Of a DNA stretch of 64,000 nucleotides, positions 39,632 through 51,600 are shown in pieces. Source of the DNA: Candidatus Omnitrophota bacterium (GTDB lineage: Bacteria > Omnitrophota > Omnitrophia > Omnitrophales > JACROU01); NCBI GenBank assembly GCA_029261035.1, contig JAJDCD010000005.1, positions 91,516-155,515 of the forward strand, read 5' to 3'. Numbering within the stretch: position 1 is the first letter of the stretch; every line of letters starts with the position of its first letter. The position numbers and the translations under genes were made by a program. The notes beneath the pieces were generated by a model, which was given only the letters and a program-made list of their open reading frames with translations, searched no databases and was not told the origin of the DNA.

Positions 39632-42600
39632 ATGACGCTTTTGATACGTTTTAAGCAGGCCGTAACCTATTTTGTTTTAGTTTCATTTTTCTTCTCATTT
39701 CTTCCAACAAATTCTTATGCAGATGGTGCAACCATTGGTACAATAAACAGCCTTATGACCACCAATCAATCTATGACACCAACACAACTCAAATTAAGCG
39801 AAGTAGCCATCCCTAATAAGATAGGTGTTATTGAATATACCTTCAAGGGGAACTCTGCGCCTTTATTTTATATTCAGGATGCTCATAATTCATTAGAAGC
39901 TCAAAAAAACATAGCGGCTTTAATTAGTCTTTTGGTGCAAGAGTACGGTGTTAAGACTGTTTTGGTTGAGGGAGTTGAAGGTAAGGTAAATCTGGACACT
40001 TATTTTCAATTTTCAGATTCTAATGTTAAGGAAAAAGTTTCAGACTATTTTCTGGAACACCTTCGTCTGAGCGGAGCTCAATATGCTCATATTAATCGAA
40101 CCCAAGATTTTGATCTTATTGGAATTGATCATTTTAAAACATATAAGAAAAATCTTTCAGCCTATGAAAAAGCTGCAAAAAACCGAGAAGTCATTCAGCA
40201 AGACTTGGCTCGAATTTCTAAAGTTCTTAAGTCTTTAGGGGATCGTTTCTATTCTAAAGAAATTAAGGAATGGTTAAAGTTAAAGTTAAGAGTGGAAGAT
40301 AAAAAGCTTTCGATGGGGGATTACCTGTTTCGTTCGATGAAAATGGGCGATTTTCAATTAGAACAATTTCCAAATTTGAAATTAATTTCAACATACCTCA
40401 AACAAGATCAATTATCTAAAGAAGAAGCAAGCCTTTTAGACAAACAATTGAAACAATTGGATTCGGATGTTTTTTTTAATGAATTGAATCAATTTGAAGA
40501 GGCTTTAATTAATCAGTTTTTGACGGACGCTACAGCTAAACAAGTATTAAGATATCAACGTATCGTTGATTTGTTAAATAAACTGAACCTGATTTCAGTA
40601 ACACCGGAAGAGTATTTATTGTTGAAAGAAGAGTTGAAAGAATTTAACTCTGAAGTTCTGGCTAAATTTTTAGCTGCCCATTTAAAGAAAACAATTTTAG
40701 TAAAAAAAGAATGGGAAAAGCTAATCAAGAACTCCCTTGAGTTTTATGAGTTGGCTCGCGAAAGGGATGTTTTCTTCAAAAGACAACTTGAAGCAATTAA
40801 CACCCCTTCAATTTTGGTTACAGGAGGTTTTCATAAAGAGCCTGTGACTAACTTCTTGAAAAAGAATAAAATTTCTCATGCTGTTTTGGCACCTCAAATT
40901 AGTCGTATCAATAAGAAGTATCAAGAACGATATGATTTCTTAATGTCTGGTCAGTATTATGACTTTGAAACATCTTTTATCAAACAAGACCCTGCCGTAC
41001 AAGCAGCTCAGCAGCAAACCTTAGCTTCATTTGCTCGAGATGGGCGGAATGTTCAAGGGATTGTGAATGAAGCGATTATTCAGTTGTTTCCTAATTCCCA
41101 AGAGGCTCGTGCTGCTAGTTTAGGAAATGATAATGCTCTAAAAATTGAACAAGCTTTGAGTCAGGGAGATATTACAACCGGAACCATGCAGTATCTTTAT
41201 GAGTGGTTGAAGCTTCCTGGAGACTTAACTATTCAAGGGACAAATGTATTAGCACGTATTCAGACATTGATAGATGGTAAAAATTGGAAAGAGCTTAATG
41301 ATGCTTTTTTTCAAGAAGTAAAACCAGGAACGGCAGGTGTTCGTGGAGAGTTGGGGATCGGAAGTAATCGAATTAATGTGGTAACCATTGGTAAGTTTGT
41401 AGAAGGTCATGCTCGCCACTTGGAAGCTGTGTGGGCTGGTAAGGTTGAAGGAAAAGAGATTGATACAAACAAGACAGAAAAGGCTGTAATTTTAGCTTAT
41501 GATCCTAGAGAAGGTTCTTATGACGCCCAAGCTAAAGGGCCAGGTTATTTAGTTAAAATGGCTGCTGCCATTTATGCAGCGCATGGATTTAAAGTTTACG
41601 TGTTTGATGGTCCTGCACCAACGCCAGAGTTGTCCTTTGCAGTTCAAAAGCTGGGGGCATTAGCAGGTGCTGTATTTACAGCAAGCCATAATCCTAAAAC
41701 GGATAATGGGTTTAAACCTTATGACGAAACAGGTCAGCAACTTTTAGGCCCAGATGCTGAAGGTCTAAATCAATATGTGGCTGAGATAAAACAGTTTTCT
41801 GATGTGAAAAAAGCATCTTATGATGAAGCTCTTGAGAAAGGGCAGGTTGAAATTGTAGGGCCTACCATTGATGAACAATATGTAAGTGAGTTGCTTCAGT
41901 ATGGTGTGCACATTAAAGCTGATGGTAAATATGACCTAGAACACATTAATACAGATATTACTGTTGGATTTTCTCCTTTGCATGGTACAGCGGGAAGAAC
42001 AGTTCCTGCTTTATTAGCAGAAAGAGGAATTTCTGCAGAAAATATTTTTAATGTTGAAAGCCAATTAAAACCTGATGGAACATTTCCAACAGCAGCAAAG
42101 CCCAATCCAGAAGAGGATGCGGCGTTAGATTTGTTAAAACAATTGGCAGTTGAAAAGAAAGTTGATGTAGCAGCAGCCAACGATCCTGATGCAGATAGGG
42201 TTGCTGTTTTGGTTCCAACCAGTGATGCTAAAGAAGAGTATTTTCTTCTAAACGGGAATCTACAAATGGCAGTGATTGCGGATTATTTACTGAACCAACT
42301 TTCTAAAAAAGGAACTTTACCTAAAAATTCTGTTTTTTGGAAATCTTTGGTGAGCTCAGATCTTATGATGAAAATAGCAGAAGCTTTTGATATTCCAACT
42401 GTAGAATCCCGAGTTGGTTTTAAATTTGCCGGGGATAAAATGAAGGAATACGAAAAACTAGCCGTTGCTCAATTGTTATTAAATGATGAAGAAGAATTTG
42501 TTGCTATTAAAACAAAAGTTGAAAACGACGGGTACAAGAGTCTAAATCGATCCGAAAGAGAATTGATTCTTTCTCGTTTCTCTCAAGTTCTATTGTTTGG

Positions 42601-45355
42601 TGGAGAAGAATCTTATGGGGCTAATCGTGGGGATATTGTTCGAGATAAAGATGGTCCTGCTATGATTGATATGTTTGTTGAAATTGTTGGACGGTATAAA
42701 AAACAAGGAACAACTGTTTATGATCGTCTTTTTGGAGCTAAAGGCATTTTTGATACCTATGGGTATTATCGTGAAACTTTAGGTTCTTACAAGACGCAAG
42801 GAGCTGAAGGAAATGCAATTAAACAAGCGATTATGACAGAGTTTGCATCCAATCCTCCAGCAGAAGTTGCGGGAAAGAAAGTTGTGGCTGTGTTAGATTT
42901 TGCAGAGCAGACAGCTAAATTACCTAAAGGAACACTTCTTTTTGATGGGGAATATAAAAGCGAAACTACTCCAGGTAAGTTTGAACTTGAAAATGAGTAT
43001 GAAGTACATACGTTTAATGACTTGAATGGTAAAAATGTGGGGAGAGAAGGATTTGTGGAGTTGATTTTTGAAGATGGTTCCCGTGTCATTGTAAGACCTT
43101 CAGGGACAGAACCAAAAATTAAATTTTATGCCCTTGGAAGAGGAGAATATTCTGATCGTGAGGCAGTTGATGTATTTATCTCTGCCGCACAAACGGAATT
43201 AGCAGAAATTGCAACCAAAGTTGCAGATAGTTTTAATGCGGCTTCTCTAGGAGCGTATTCGGAAGCTGAATTGGAAAAAGGGAAGGCTTATTATGAAGGA
43301 AGGTTGGATACAACCCCTATTTCTCGACCATGGAGACCTAGCATTGATGCTGACGTTGATGCTATCTTTAAGATGGATACTGCTGAAAGGTTAGAATACA
43401 TTGCTTTGGCGGTTGAATCTCTCATTAAGGGGAAGGGTGTTATAGGAACTCTTGCTGCAGGTGCTAGTTCTCGTATGCCAACTTCTGAGGCTCCTGAAGA
43501 AGTTAAAGAATTGATTCAAGGTAGGGAGATTAAGTCTAAAGCTGCTGTTCCAGTAGGTGTTCTTGATGGACAGGTTTATACTTTTTTAGGAGCTTTCCTA
43601 AAAAATATTGAGCGTCTTCAAAATCAAATTTCTGATTTAGCACGTTCTGATGTTAGACCTTCTGTTTTGATTTTATCTAATCAAGATTATAGGGAAGAGC
43701 TTCAGACGGAGTTGGATAGAGAAAGTCGTTATGGTTTAGATGAGAGTCAATTTGTGGTTTTTAATCAGGAGTTAGGCAACCAATATGTTGCTACTCCAGA
43801 GCATGTCAGAAATCTATATGAATCTGGAAAAATTGATAAAGCTAGATACGATCAAGCAATAGAAATTTCTGAGAATGTTCAAAAGAGATTGTCTGATGGC
43901 AGTATTGAGGCGGTAATTTTGGAGGGGGAACAAACTCCTTTAGGTCATGGTGAGTTTTTTCATCAATTAATTTCTAGCGGGACATTTTTGCAGCTCGTAG
44001 ATAAAGGGCATGAATGGATAAGTGTTCGTAATATTGATAATGCAGCGGCCACTTTTGATGAAGACTGGCTAGTTACTTTGGGTCTTTTTATAAAAAAAGG
44101 ATTGGCGATGCAGCCTGAGGTATCTCCGCGAAGCCCAGGACAAAAAGGTGGAAGTTTGATTGTTACTACAGATAACGGAAATCATCGATTGGCTGAAGAT
44201 CCTGAGATTGCTGCAAAGGGCTCAGAAACCAATTTGCAAAAGGATTATATTGGAGAGACTTCTTATTGGTTTAATGATGCTGTTGCGATTATTGGAACTC
44301 AATTTGTTGTTGATATTTATAAATCTCCTAACCAGTCTAGTGAGGAATTTCTAAATGAACTTCGTGCTAACGCAGAAAACCCAACTGTGCTTGAAGCAAT
44401 AGCTGAAAGAGGGAGAAGTAAATTTCCAACGCTCATGGACCCTAAACCAGCGAAAGAAAGTGACGCAATATCACTAAAGATTGAAACGAATATGTGGCAG
44501 TCTACAGGTGTTGGTAGTGGTGCTGTTAGAGTAGAAGCTGTTGGAGTAACTGCAGTAAAGAATATAGAGCAAGGTTTTGCTGATTTGCCTCTTGAAGATC
44601 AGCGGCAGAAGGTTAGAGAATTAAGAATGTTAGCAACAAAGCAATGGGGGAATCCGGAAGATCCTCAAGTTGAAACTTATTATGGAAATAAGCCTTACAT
44701 AGAACTAATTTTGGAACACATTGCAACTTCTCAATTTATTCCAGAAGGTTTAGATCTGTCAAAAGCTTCAAGTTTGGGTGTGATGACCAAGGAAAAAAGA
44801 CTATCATTACTGGAGTCAGCATTTAATGATTATGCTGCTCTCTTGGATCAACCAGCACCGGTTGTTCTTTCGTTAGACGATGTGCTTAACTTTTCAGATA
44901 CGGTGGCTAAAGAGGTTCAAGTTCTTCTCTTAGAAGGAAAGATAAAGGTTCTTTTAACAGGGGTGACTGATCGCTCATTAGTTCCAGATGTTTTTAATCA
45001 GGAATCTCAAAATGTAGAAATTATTTCAGATGCTATTAGCGCAAACGATGTATCTAAATACAGTGGTTTCTTAGGAAAGGGAAAAGTGGTTCACTTATCT
45101 CAATCTTTAGATTCTCCTGAAACGATAGCCTCTCGTTTGGGTGACGCAAAAGACCGCTTTGTTTTCGTGAAACAACCAGAAAAACAAAACGGAGTATTAA
45201 GCGCCGCGCTTCTTTTCGCATCAGGTTCTATTGAATACAAAGAAGCATTCAGACAAGACGCTTCTGGTTTCTACGTTCCAACAGCCATAGGTCGTCTCAT
45301 GATGAATTTATTCCAAGAATATGTAGCGCAAACGATTATCGAGTCTGCAGCCTAA
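39632..45355 (+). CDS. Giant protein 2 (1907 aa): signal peptide, shared N-domain, a complete alpha-D-phosphohexomutase (PGM/PMM) domain, a eukaryotic-type UDP-glucose pyrophosphorylase (UDPGP family) domain, and the shared C-terminal domain
   Basis: PGM motifs all in frame: 'GTAGVRG' (~41330), 'TASHNP' (41678-41695), 'DPDADR' (42182-42199), 'GEESYG' (42602-42619) and 'RPSGTEPKIKFY' (43094-). UDPGP-like: 'LAAGASSRM', 'FNQ', 'GHGEFF' (43943-) and 'ISVRNIDNAAATFDEDW' (44030-). Confidence 0.85.
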   Translation: MTLLIRFKQAVTYFVLVSFFFSFLPTNSYADGATIGTINSLMTTNQSMTPTQLKLSEVAIPNKIGVIEYTFKGNSAPLFYIQDAHNSLEAQKNIAALISLLVQEYGVKTVLVEGVEGKVNLDTYFQFSDSNVKEKVSDYFLEHLRLSGAQYAHINRTQDFDLIGIDHFKTYKKNLSAYEKAAKNREVIQQDLARISKVLKSLGDRFYSKEIKEWLKLKLRVEDKKLSMGDYLFRSMKMGDFQLEQFPNLKLISTYLKQDQLSKEEASLLDKQLKQLDSDVFFNELNQFEEALINQFLTDATAKQVLRYQRIVDLLNKLNLISVTPEEYLLLKEELKEFNSEVLAKFLAAHLKKTILVKKEWEKLIKNSLEFYELARERDVFFKRQLEAINTPSILVTGGFHKEPVTNFLKKNKISHAVLAPQISRINKKYQERYDFLMSGQYYDFETSFIKQDPAVQAAQQQTLASFARDGRNVQGIVNEAIIQLFPNSQEARAASLGNDNALKIEQALSQGDITTGTMQYLYEWLKLPGDLTIQGTNVLARIQTLIDGKNWKELNDAFFQEVKPGTAGVRGELGIGSNRINVVTIGKFVEGHARHLEAVWAGKVEGKEIDTNKTEKAVILAYDPREGSYDAQAKGPGYLVKMAAAIYAAHGFKVYVFDGPAPTPELSFAVQKLGALAGAVFTASHNPKTDNGFKPYDETGQQLLGPDAEGLNQYVAEIKQFSDVKKASYDEALEKGQVEIVGPTIDEQYVSELLQYGVHIKADGKYDLEHINTDITVGFSPLHGTAGRTVPALLAERGISAENIFNVESQLKPDGTFPTAAKPNPEEDAALDLLKQLAVEKKVDVAAANDPDADRVAVLVPTSDAKEEYFLLNGNLQMAVIADYLLNQLSKKGTLPKNSVFWKSLVSSDLMMKIAEAFDIPTVESRVGFKFAGDKMKEYEKLAVAQLLLNDEEEFVAIKTKVENDGYKSLNRSERELILSRFSQVLLFGGEESYGANRGDIVRDKDGPAMIDMFVEIVGRYKKQGTTVYDRLFGAKGIFDTYGYYRETLGSYKTQGAEGNAIKQAIMTEFASNPPAEVAGKKVVAVLDFAEQTAKLPKGTLLFDGEYKSETTPGKFELENEYEVHTFNDLNGKNVGREGFVELIFEDGSRVIVRPSGTEPKIKFYALGRGEYSDREAVDVFISAAQTELAEIATKVADSFNAASLGAYSEAELEKGKAYYEGRLDTTPISRPWRPSIDADVDAIFKMDTAERLEYIALAVESLIKGKGVIGTLAAGASSRMPTSEAPEEVKELIQGREIKSKAAVPVGVLDGQVYTFLGAFLKNIERLQNQISDLARSDVRPSVLILSNQDYREELQTELDRESRYGLDESQFVVFNQELGNQYVATPEHVRNLYESGKIDKARYDQAIEISENVQKRLSDGSIEAVILEGEQTPLGHGEFFHQLISSGTFLQLVDKGHEWISVRNIDNAAATFDEDWLVTLGLFIKKGLAMQPEVSPRSPGQKGGSLIVTTDNGNHRLAEDPEIAAKGSETNLQKDYIGETSYWFNDAVAIIGTQFVVDIYKSPNQSSEEFLNELRANAENPTVLEAIAERGRSKFPTLMDPKPAKESDAISLKIETNMWQSTGVGSGAVRVEAVGVTAVKNIEQGFADLPLEDQRQKVRELRMLATKQWGNPEDPQVETYYGNKPYIELILEHIATSQFIPEGLDLSKASSLGVMTKEKRLSLLESAFNDYAALLDQPAPVVLSLDDVLNFSDTVAKEVQVLLLEGKIKVLLTGVTDRSLVPDVFNQESQNVEIISDAISANDVSKYSGFLGKGKVVHLSQSLDSPETIASRLGDAKDRFVFVKQPEKQNGVLSAALLFASGSIEYKEAFRQDASGFYVPTAIGRLMMNLFQEYVAQTIIESAA
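41250..43170 (+). other. Phosphoglucomutase/phosphomannomutase-like domain within giant protein 2
   Basis: All five phosphohexomutase signature motifs are present in the canonical order (see giant 2). Confidence 0.8.
43300..44750 (+). other. UTP-glucose-1-phosphate uridylyltransferase-like (UDPGP family) domain within giant protein 2
   Basis: The 'GHGE...SG...L..G.EWISVRNIDNAAATFD' block parallels eukaryotic UGPase 'GHGD...SG...G.EY.FVSNIDNLGATVD'. Gly-rich 'GTLAAGASSRM' parallels 'LNGGLGTSMG'. Confidence 0.6.
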
Positions 45356-45374
45356 TCTCGATTTCGTTCAAAAT

Positions 45375-45407
45375 GGGCCAGGTCCTTCGGGAGCCTGGCC
45401 TTTTTTG
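45375..45407 (+). terminator. Rho-independent terminator downstream of giant gene 2
   Basis: 'gggccaggtcc ttcg ggagcctggcc' hairpin followed by 'ttttttgtc'. Confidence 0.6.
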
Positions 45408-45442
45408 TCTCCACCTCATTCCACATCATCCCTTTTATCCTC

Positions 45443-45494
45443 AAAACAGGCCCGGGCCTCTTTTTTGCGAAAAAAGCAGGCCCGGGCCTGTTTT
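45443..45494. repeat. Palindromic GGCCCGGGCC element, copy 2
   Basis: 'aaaacAGGCCCGGGCCTcttttttgcgaaaaaagcAGGCCCGGGCCTgtttt'. A near-perfect 50-bp palindrome. Confidence 0.6.
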
Positions 45495-45539
45495 AAGAAT
45501 TTTGAGAAAAAACTCTGTAACTTGTTTATTTTCAAAGGT

Positions 45540-45580
45540 TTAAAAATTAGCTCTTTAGTTGCAATTCTTTTATAATAGGG
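45540..45580 (+). promoter_or_regulatory. Candidate promoter for giant gene 3 (perfect -10 TATAAT at 45571-45576; weak -35)
   Basis: TATAAT lies 94 nt upstream of the GTG start at 45670. No strong -35 hexamer at 16-18 nt spacing. Confidence 0.3.
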
Positions 45581-45669
45581 TACACTTCTACCTTATTCTT
45601 AGGTAATTCCTTTGTTGTAACTTTAGGTTCTGGAGACTTAAATCAAGGGAGTTCTATACCCTGAATAAA

Positions 45670-48600
45670 GTGTCTTTTAGAAAGGTTTTTGCTTATTTAA
45701 TGGGATTTTTGTTGGCACAAAAATATAGGTGTTTAGTAAGGTTTATATCCATAAACTTGGCTTTTATCTTTTTGTTGAATACGGTTGTTGAAGCAGCTCC
45801 GTTGATGCAACATGTGATGACTCCGTCTGTCTTATCCCAATCTGCTATTAATTCTTTTTCTCAACCTCCTTATCTTCCTTTAAGCCCAATTCAAATCAAT
45901 TCCCAGATAGGTTCTGTTCAAGAGAGCTATTTACCCGTAACAAAAAAAGATTCTCCACAAGTTTACTTAATTCAAGATGCTCATGAGAGTTTGGATGCTC
46001 AAGAGAATATTAAGAATATTTTAGAAAAACTTGTTCTAGAGGAAGGTGTGGATACCCTTCTTTTTGAAGGTGGAAGTCTTGATTTTAATTCAAGTATTTA
46101 TCAATTCTCTTCTGATATGGAAATAAATCATCGAATGTGGAAAGAGTTGTTTCGTCAAGGGCACTTGAGCGGGGTGGAGCTTTTTGCTTTAAATCAAAGT
46201 GGTTCCGTTCGATTGAAAGGAATTGAAGATGAATCTATTTATTTTAAAAATCTCAAAACAATTTTAGATACAAATCGACTTTATAAAAAATCTCAAGATG
46301 AGATATTGAGAATAGATCAGCAATATACAATAAAGAAACAAAAAACTTTTTCTGAGCCTTTAAGAAAATTAATAAAAGAAAGAGATGATTTTAGAAAAAA
46401 CAAAAACAATTTTAATCCATATATGCTCTTTTTGATGAAAGAAGCTAAAAAGCGTATAAACCTGGATTTGTCTCAAGCTAAATACCAAAAGCAATACCCT
46501 CAACTTGTGCGTTATTCGAAAATTTCTCAATTTGAAAAAAAGATAAAAGAAAATAGGGATGAAGTGGAGAAGCAACGTATAGAGCTTTTAGAGTTAACTC
46601 AGAATAAGGTGGCTAAGAGTTTGACTAAAGAAAGCTTTCTATTTCTTTTTAATCCAGAGCAACATTATTTAGCTCGAGATCAGTTGCGTTGGTATTTTGA
46701 GTCTTGGTGCGAATGGGCTCAGGCAGAAAATATTGATGTTCAGTTGTACTCTCATTTTATAAATTGGATGGCTTATCATATTCTTAAAAATGAAATGAAA
46801 GGCCCTCAGCTTTTTGATGAATTACAGACTATTGAAATCTTGTTGTTGAAGAATTTGAATCTATCAGAAGAAGAACGGAAGTTGTTGGCCGAAGAGGATG
46901 GGTGGAATTTATGGAATAAGCTCGTTTCTTTAAAGCTCACAAGAGAGGAGTATGAGCGACTTAGAGATACAAATCCTAAGAATGATTTAAAGGGTTTGAA
47001 TTTGTTAACCCAAAAAGCCCTTGAAAACTATGAATGGGTGATCAAAAGAGATGCTGTTTTGTCAGAAAAAGCAATTGAAGCAATAAATTTAAGTAAGTCT
47101 AGTCGAGTTGCTGTCGTTACGGGGGGGTTCCATTCTTACTTTTTAACCCAGAAACTTAAAGAAGAAAAAAAGAGTTATGTTTTAATTGCACCCCGTATTT
47201 CCCAATTAGAGCGTTCTTTGAATTATAAGGATCGAATTCAACAATTATTTTCTTCGACAACAGCATTGGATATTCCAGGAGCTCTTTTGAGCGATCTCTC
47301 CAAACAACGTTTGCTTGTAGCTGCAAGATCTTTGGGAATCCAAGGGGCTAAGAAAAAGGATCTTCCAAGAAAGAGTGGGGCTCAGAGAGAAGATGAAATT
47401 TTTAGAACTCATATTTCTGTGCCTATGCCAGAAATAGAACAGATGCTTTCCTTTCCAGGAAGAATCCAACCATCAATGCAAAATGCTTTGAATGAAACAA
47501 TCAAGCTGATTGTAACGCTGTTTGAAGATGCTTTAATTTCTGTTAATAGAAATGAAGTAGAAAATTTAAAGCGATTTCAAAAATACCCAGGAGGAATTTT
47601 TTATAATCATTTAACGGATGAGCTTAGAGGTGCTATTTCAAATTCTTTGGACTCAACTTTGGAGCGCTATCGACGAGAGGGTATTAGTAGGGAGTTTATT
47701 CATATTGTATTTCGAGTTTATAAGGACCAAGAAAGTAATTATTTTATTGATGTTATTGACGAAGGTGTTGGGGAAACAGCAATTAACAAGACGAATGTTA
47801 AACGTTATTCCGGAGAACGGTATTTAGGAAAGAGAGGAGTTGATCGAGGGAAATCTCTAGAAAGTCAAGTGATGGGTGTTTTTGATGCTCAGCTTTTTGA
47901 ACGAGAAGATGCTCAAGGTGCTGTTTTAGAAATAAAACTCAGCCAGAGAAAAGTCCTTAATCATTTTAAGGAATCAATGGAGGGTTTAAACCTTAGAAGG
48001 GTTAGTAAATACATGGATTCGTATGGGCAGAGTTTGGGTAGGACTAAAGAAGCTTACAATATGCGAATAAATGGTAACCAAGTAAATATACTTGACGCCA
48101 TGATGGAAGGAGAGTTTAAAACAACTTGGCTCACAAGTTTTAAACCTGAAGCATTGCCTAAACTAAAATTACCAGATAAAAAAGAATCGTATTCATTAGA
48201 TGAGGCTTTTATTGTTTTTAGGCAATTAAAGGGAAGTCGATCGTTAACTAAATCTGCATTTAGTGCATGGGTAAAAAAGGTTTTGAGTCGTAGAGCGAGT
48301 TCAAGGATATCTAGAGAATTGCTATCTAATTTGGTGAATACGTTTAGTCTTAGTGAAGCCCGTACTCATTTAGGTGGAGATATGGTAACTGTAAGAGAAA
48401 AAGCTAAGAAAGCAGGTGCTATTTCTGTAGAACATCGCATGTTTATTTCAAGGGATTGGGTTGATCGACAAAGAATTTATCGCTATCAATTGGTTCCGGT
48501 TCATTTGCTAGCAAAAGTAATGGGTGTGAGTAAGAAAGTTCTATTATCTTATTTGGAAGAGCCTAAGAAAAGATTCGGGGACTACTTGTGGGAAGAAGAC

Positions 48601-51600
48601 CTCTTAAAGAAGAAGTCTTTGTTAGAAGTATCAGCAGAGGGAACTAAATATCATATGGATGGGGCTGGTAAAGCATTAATGGTTAGTTTGGTGACAGCGT
48701 ATCAAGTTATTTCAATTTATAGAAAATCATTACGAAACAAAAAGGAGTCTTACTCTGTTGATGAATTGGCAGGATTACTTGGAGTGACAAAAAACATTCT
48801 TGCTCAGGCTATTAAGTCTGGTGAGATTGCAGTGATCCACCTTCCTTTTTTAGGTCCAGAACCTAGAATTTCGATTGTAGATTCAGAGGGAATTCTAAAT
48901 ATTTTTTCAAAAGTAGTAAAAAATTATTCTAAAGTTCTTCGTCCTTATACAAAAAAGAAAATCTCATCTTGGAGAGAATTGATGGCTGTTGTTTCTGGGT
49001 GGGAAACAACCAACTCTTTAAAGGAAAAATGGGGCTTTAAATCTCATAATGGAATTCATCAGATGATGAGTAGGGGTAAAATTAAAGGGTTTCATATTGT
49101 GCACCCTTTAACAGAACAAGGGGTTTGGTATTTTCCTCCTGAAGAAGTAGGTCGAGTTGATGATTTGGAAGAGATGAAACTAGCCAAGGTTTTGAAGATG
49201 GTGAACAAAGGAAGTCGTGCAAAAATTAAGACACGAAGTGAGTTGGAAAAGGTGCTGCACTCTTACTTTTCTTTAGAAAAACTTGAAAAGCGATGGTCTG
49301 TTTCTAATCGAAGTTTGAAAGGAATGATTCAAAGAGGAACGTTAGAGGCAGTTCGATTAGATTTTATTGGGGAACAAAAGAGAGGGTATTTGGTTTCTCC
49401 TAAAGAGGTGAAGAGAATTGAGGGATTGGAACAAAAAAAATTAAAAAAAATTAAGAGATTTGTTTCTAAGTTTTCATCTCAAACAATTAAAACAATTGGT
49501 AAGTTAAGAAAAGTTACGCAGAATTGGATTAAACCAACAACACTTGATGAAAGACTAGGGATTAGAGGGGGTACAGTTCGGCAAGCTATTGATAATGGGT
49601 TGATTCAAGCTGTACGCATGGATTTAATTGCATTTGGTGGTGATAAGTCCGCATATTTAATTCCAACAGCAGAGATTAAAAGATTGGAAGGAAAAGTTAA
49701 AGCTCTAGCTAGAGATATCTCAGCTTTTTCAAAGAGTAAACCTAAAACAATTCAGGATATTAAAACAGCAACTAGAGAGTGGTTGAGAATTGAAGATTTA
49801 GCTAAGGAATTTGATGTTTCATTCGAAACCATTTTTGCGTTAGTGCGATCGGGTGAAATAACAGCGTTTAAATTAGATTTAATTGGTTTAGGGGCATCTA
49901 AAGCTCCGTACGTGATTCCTCCAGAAGAAGTATCGAGAATTCGTGAGGAGCAGAATGAGAAAAAAAGAAAAGTGCTTTCTTTTGTGGAGCAGTATGAAAA
50001 TGTTTCTTCTGAAGATGAAATAACGGTAATGAGGTTAAAAGATATTACGAGTCGTTGGGTCAAGTTAAGGCAATTTAAGACAGAGTTTGGTGTTCATTTG
50101 GCTACAGCGTTTAATTATGTAAGGCAGGGAAAAGTTAATGCAGTTCAAATGGATTTGTTGGGTTATGGAGGAAAGAAAGCATTTTACTTAATCCCACCTC
50201 AAGAAATTGAAAGAATTCGCCAAGAAGATAAACTTAAACTGACTCAAATAATTGATTTTGTTAGAACGTATATTAGTTCTAAAAGAAGAGTTAAGACATG
50301 GGAGGATGTTCAACAAGTTACAAATAGCTGGTTAAAGATTGAGGATTTAGTCAAAGCTGCTTCTGTTAAATTTGCGACAGCTTCAAGGTGGGTTAAAACA
50401 GGCAAGGTAAAAGGCATTAAAATTAAACTGATAGGGAAGAATAACACAAATGGTTATTACATCATTCCACCTCAAGAGATAGATAGGGTTAAAAAAGAAA
50501 GAATGGATCGGAATAATCTAGCGTCTAGTTTAGGCCAGGAATCTACTGCTGTAGTTGATGTTCTATATCAAAAGTATCGATTTCTTTTACCTAAAAGTGT
50601 TCAGAAACAATTTAATTATGAGTTGGTGGCAGGGTGGTATGAAGTTGTTTCATCTGATACAACTGTACTTCCGATGAAAATATTTGATTTTATTCAAAAA
50701 GTATATTCTTTATTAAGTCCCAATGAAGTAAATCAAGTAGCTGTTTTATTAGCGGACTTTCAAAAAGAGATTACAGAAATTTTGACGGCAGATGAGTCAC
50801 TGGAACCGTCTGAAGAAGAAAAAGCACCTCAAGAAGTAGAGTTGGTAAAAGCAGTGGCGTTACAAAAGCTTGTGGAGAAAAGACCTTTAGTAGATGAGAT
50901 CTGGGAAGGAGACAAAAAAGCTCGGATCTCAATGGATCCTGTGTTTTGGGGTGTTCTGCATTCCGATGAAAAGAAAGAATGGTTAAAGAAAATAAAGAAA
51001 ATCCTTACCCGCAATTACTCTTCATTGAAAAAGGGGTTAGATTATGAAGAGCCTATTGGAGGCGGAAAAAAATTTAGGTCTCTAAAGTTAGGTTTGGTAG
51101 ACGCGCCGCTAGTGCTTTCCCACGGGGTTAAAATTCATGCTATGCAACTCAAAGGAGTTGTTTTTGATTCTGGAAATATAACAGATGTTTTTAATATGCA
51201 TCACGCTAAAAGAGAGTGGGGGCAGAAGCTCCCAGATGCTCCTGTCGTACAACCTATTTATCATGAAGATGGAACTATCAGTTACATCCCTCGACAGTGG
51301 TCTCCTAAGGGCGGAATGGTATTAGATGAGGCTAAAAGAGAATTTGAGATGCATCGTTATTTTATGAAAAGTGGAATGCCTGTAAATTACCCCCTTGCTT
51401 ATGGAGAGTTTTTGGGTGAAAAGGAACCATTAGGCAGAAAAATAGGATTTGTTTTATTAGGTCAAAGATTTCAACAAAACTATCGTTTCCATGATGTGCT
51501 GAACCGAATTTTGAATGCGAGGTATGTAGTGCCTATACAGGAGCTTTCAAAAGAGGGTAAAACACCAGAAGAGATCGAGAGTTTATTTAGAGAAACCGAA

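Noticed and set aside
45670-45700. Alternative ATG start at 45700 for giant gene 3 instead of GTG 45670
   Set aside because: Neither has an ideal RBS: 'aagggag' is 19 nt upstream of the GTG and 'aaagg' is 14 nt upstream of the ATG. The longer ORF was kept because the extra residues form the charged n-region (MSFRKVF...) expected ahead of the hydrophobic core. The start remains uncertain by 10 codons.
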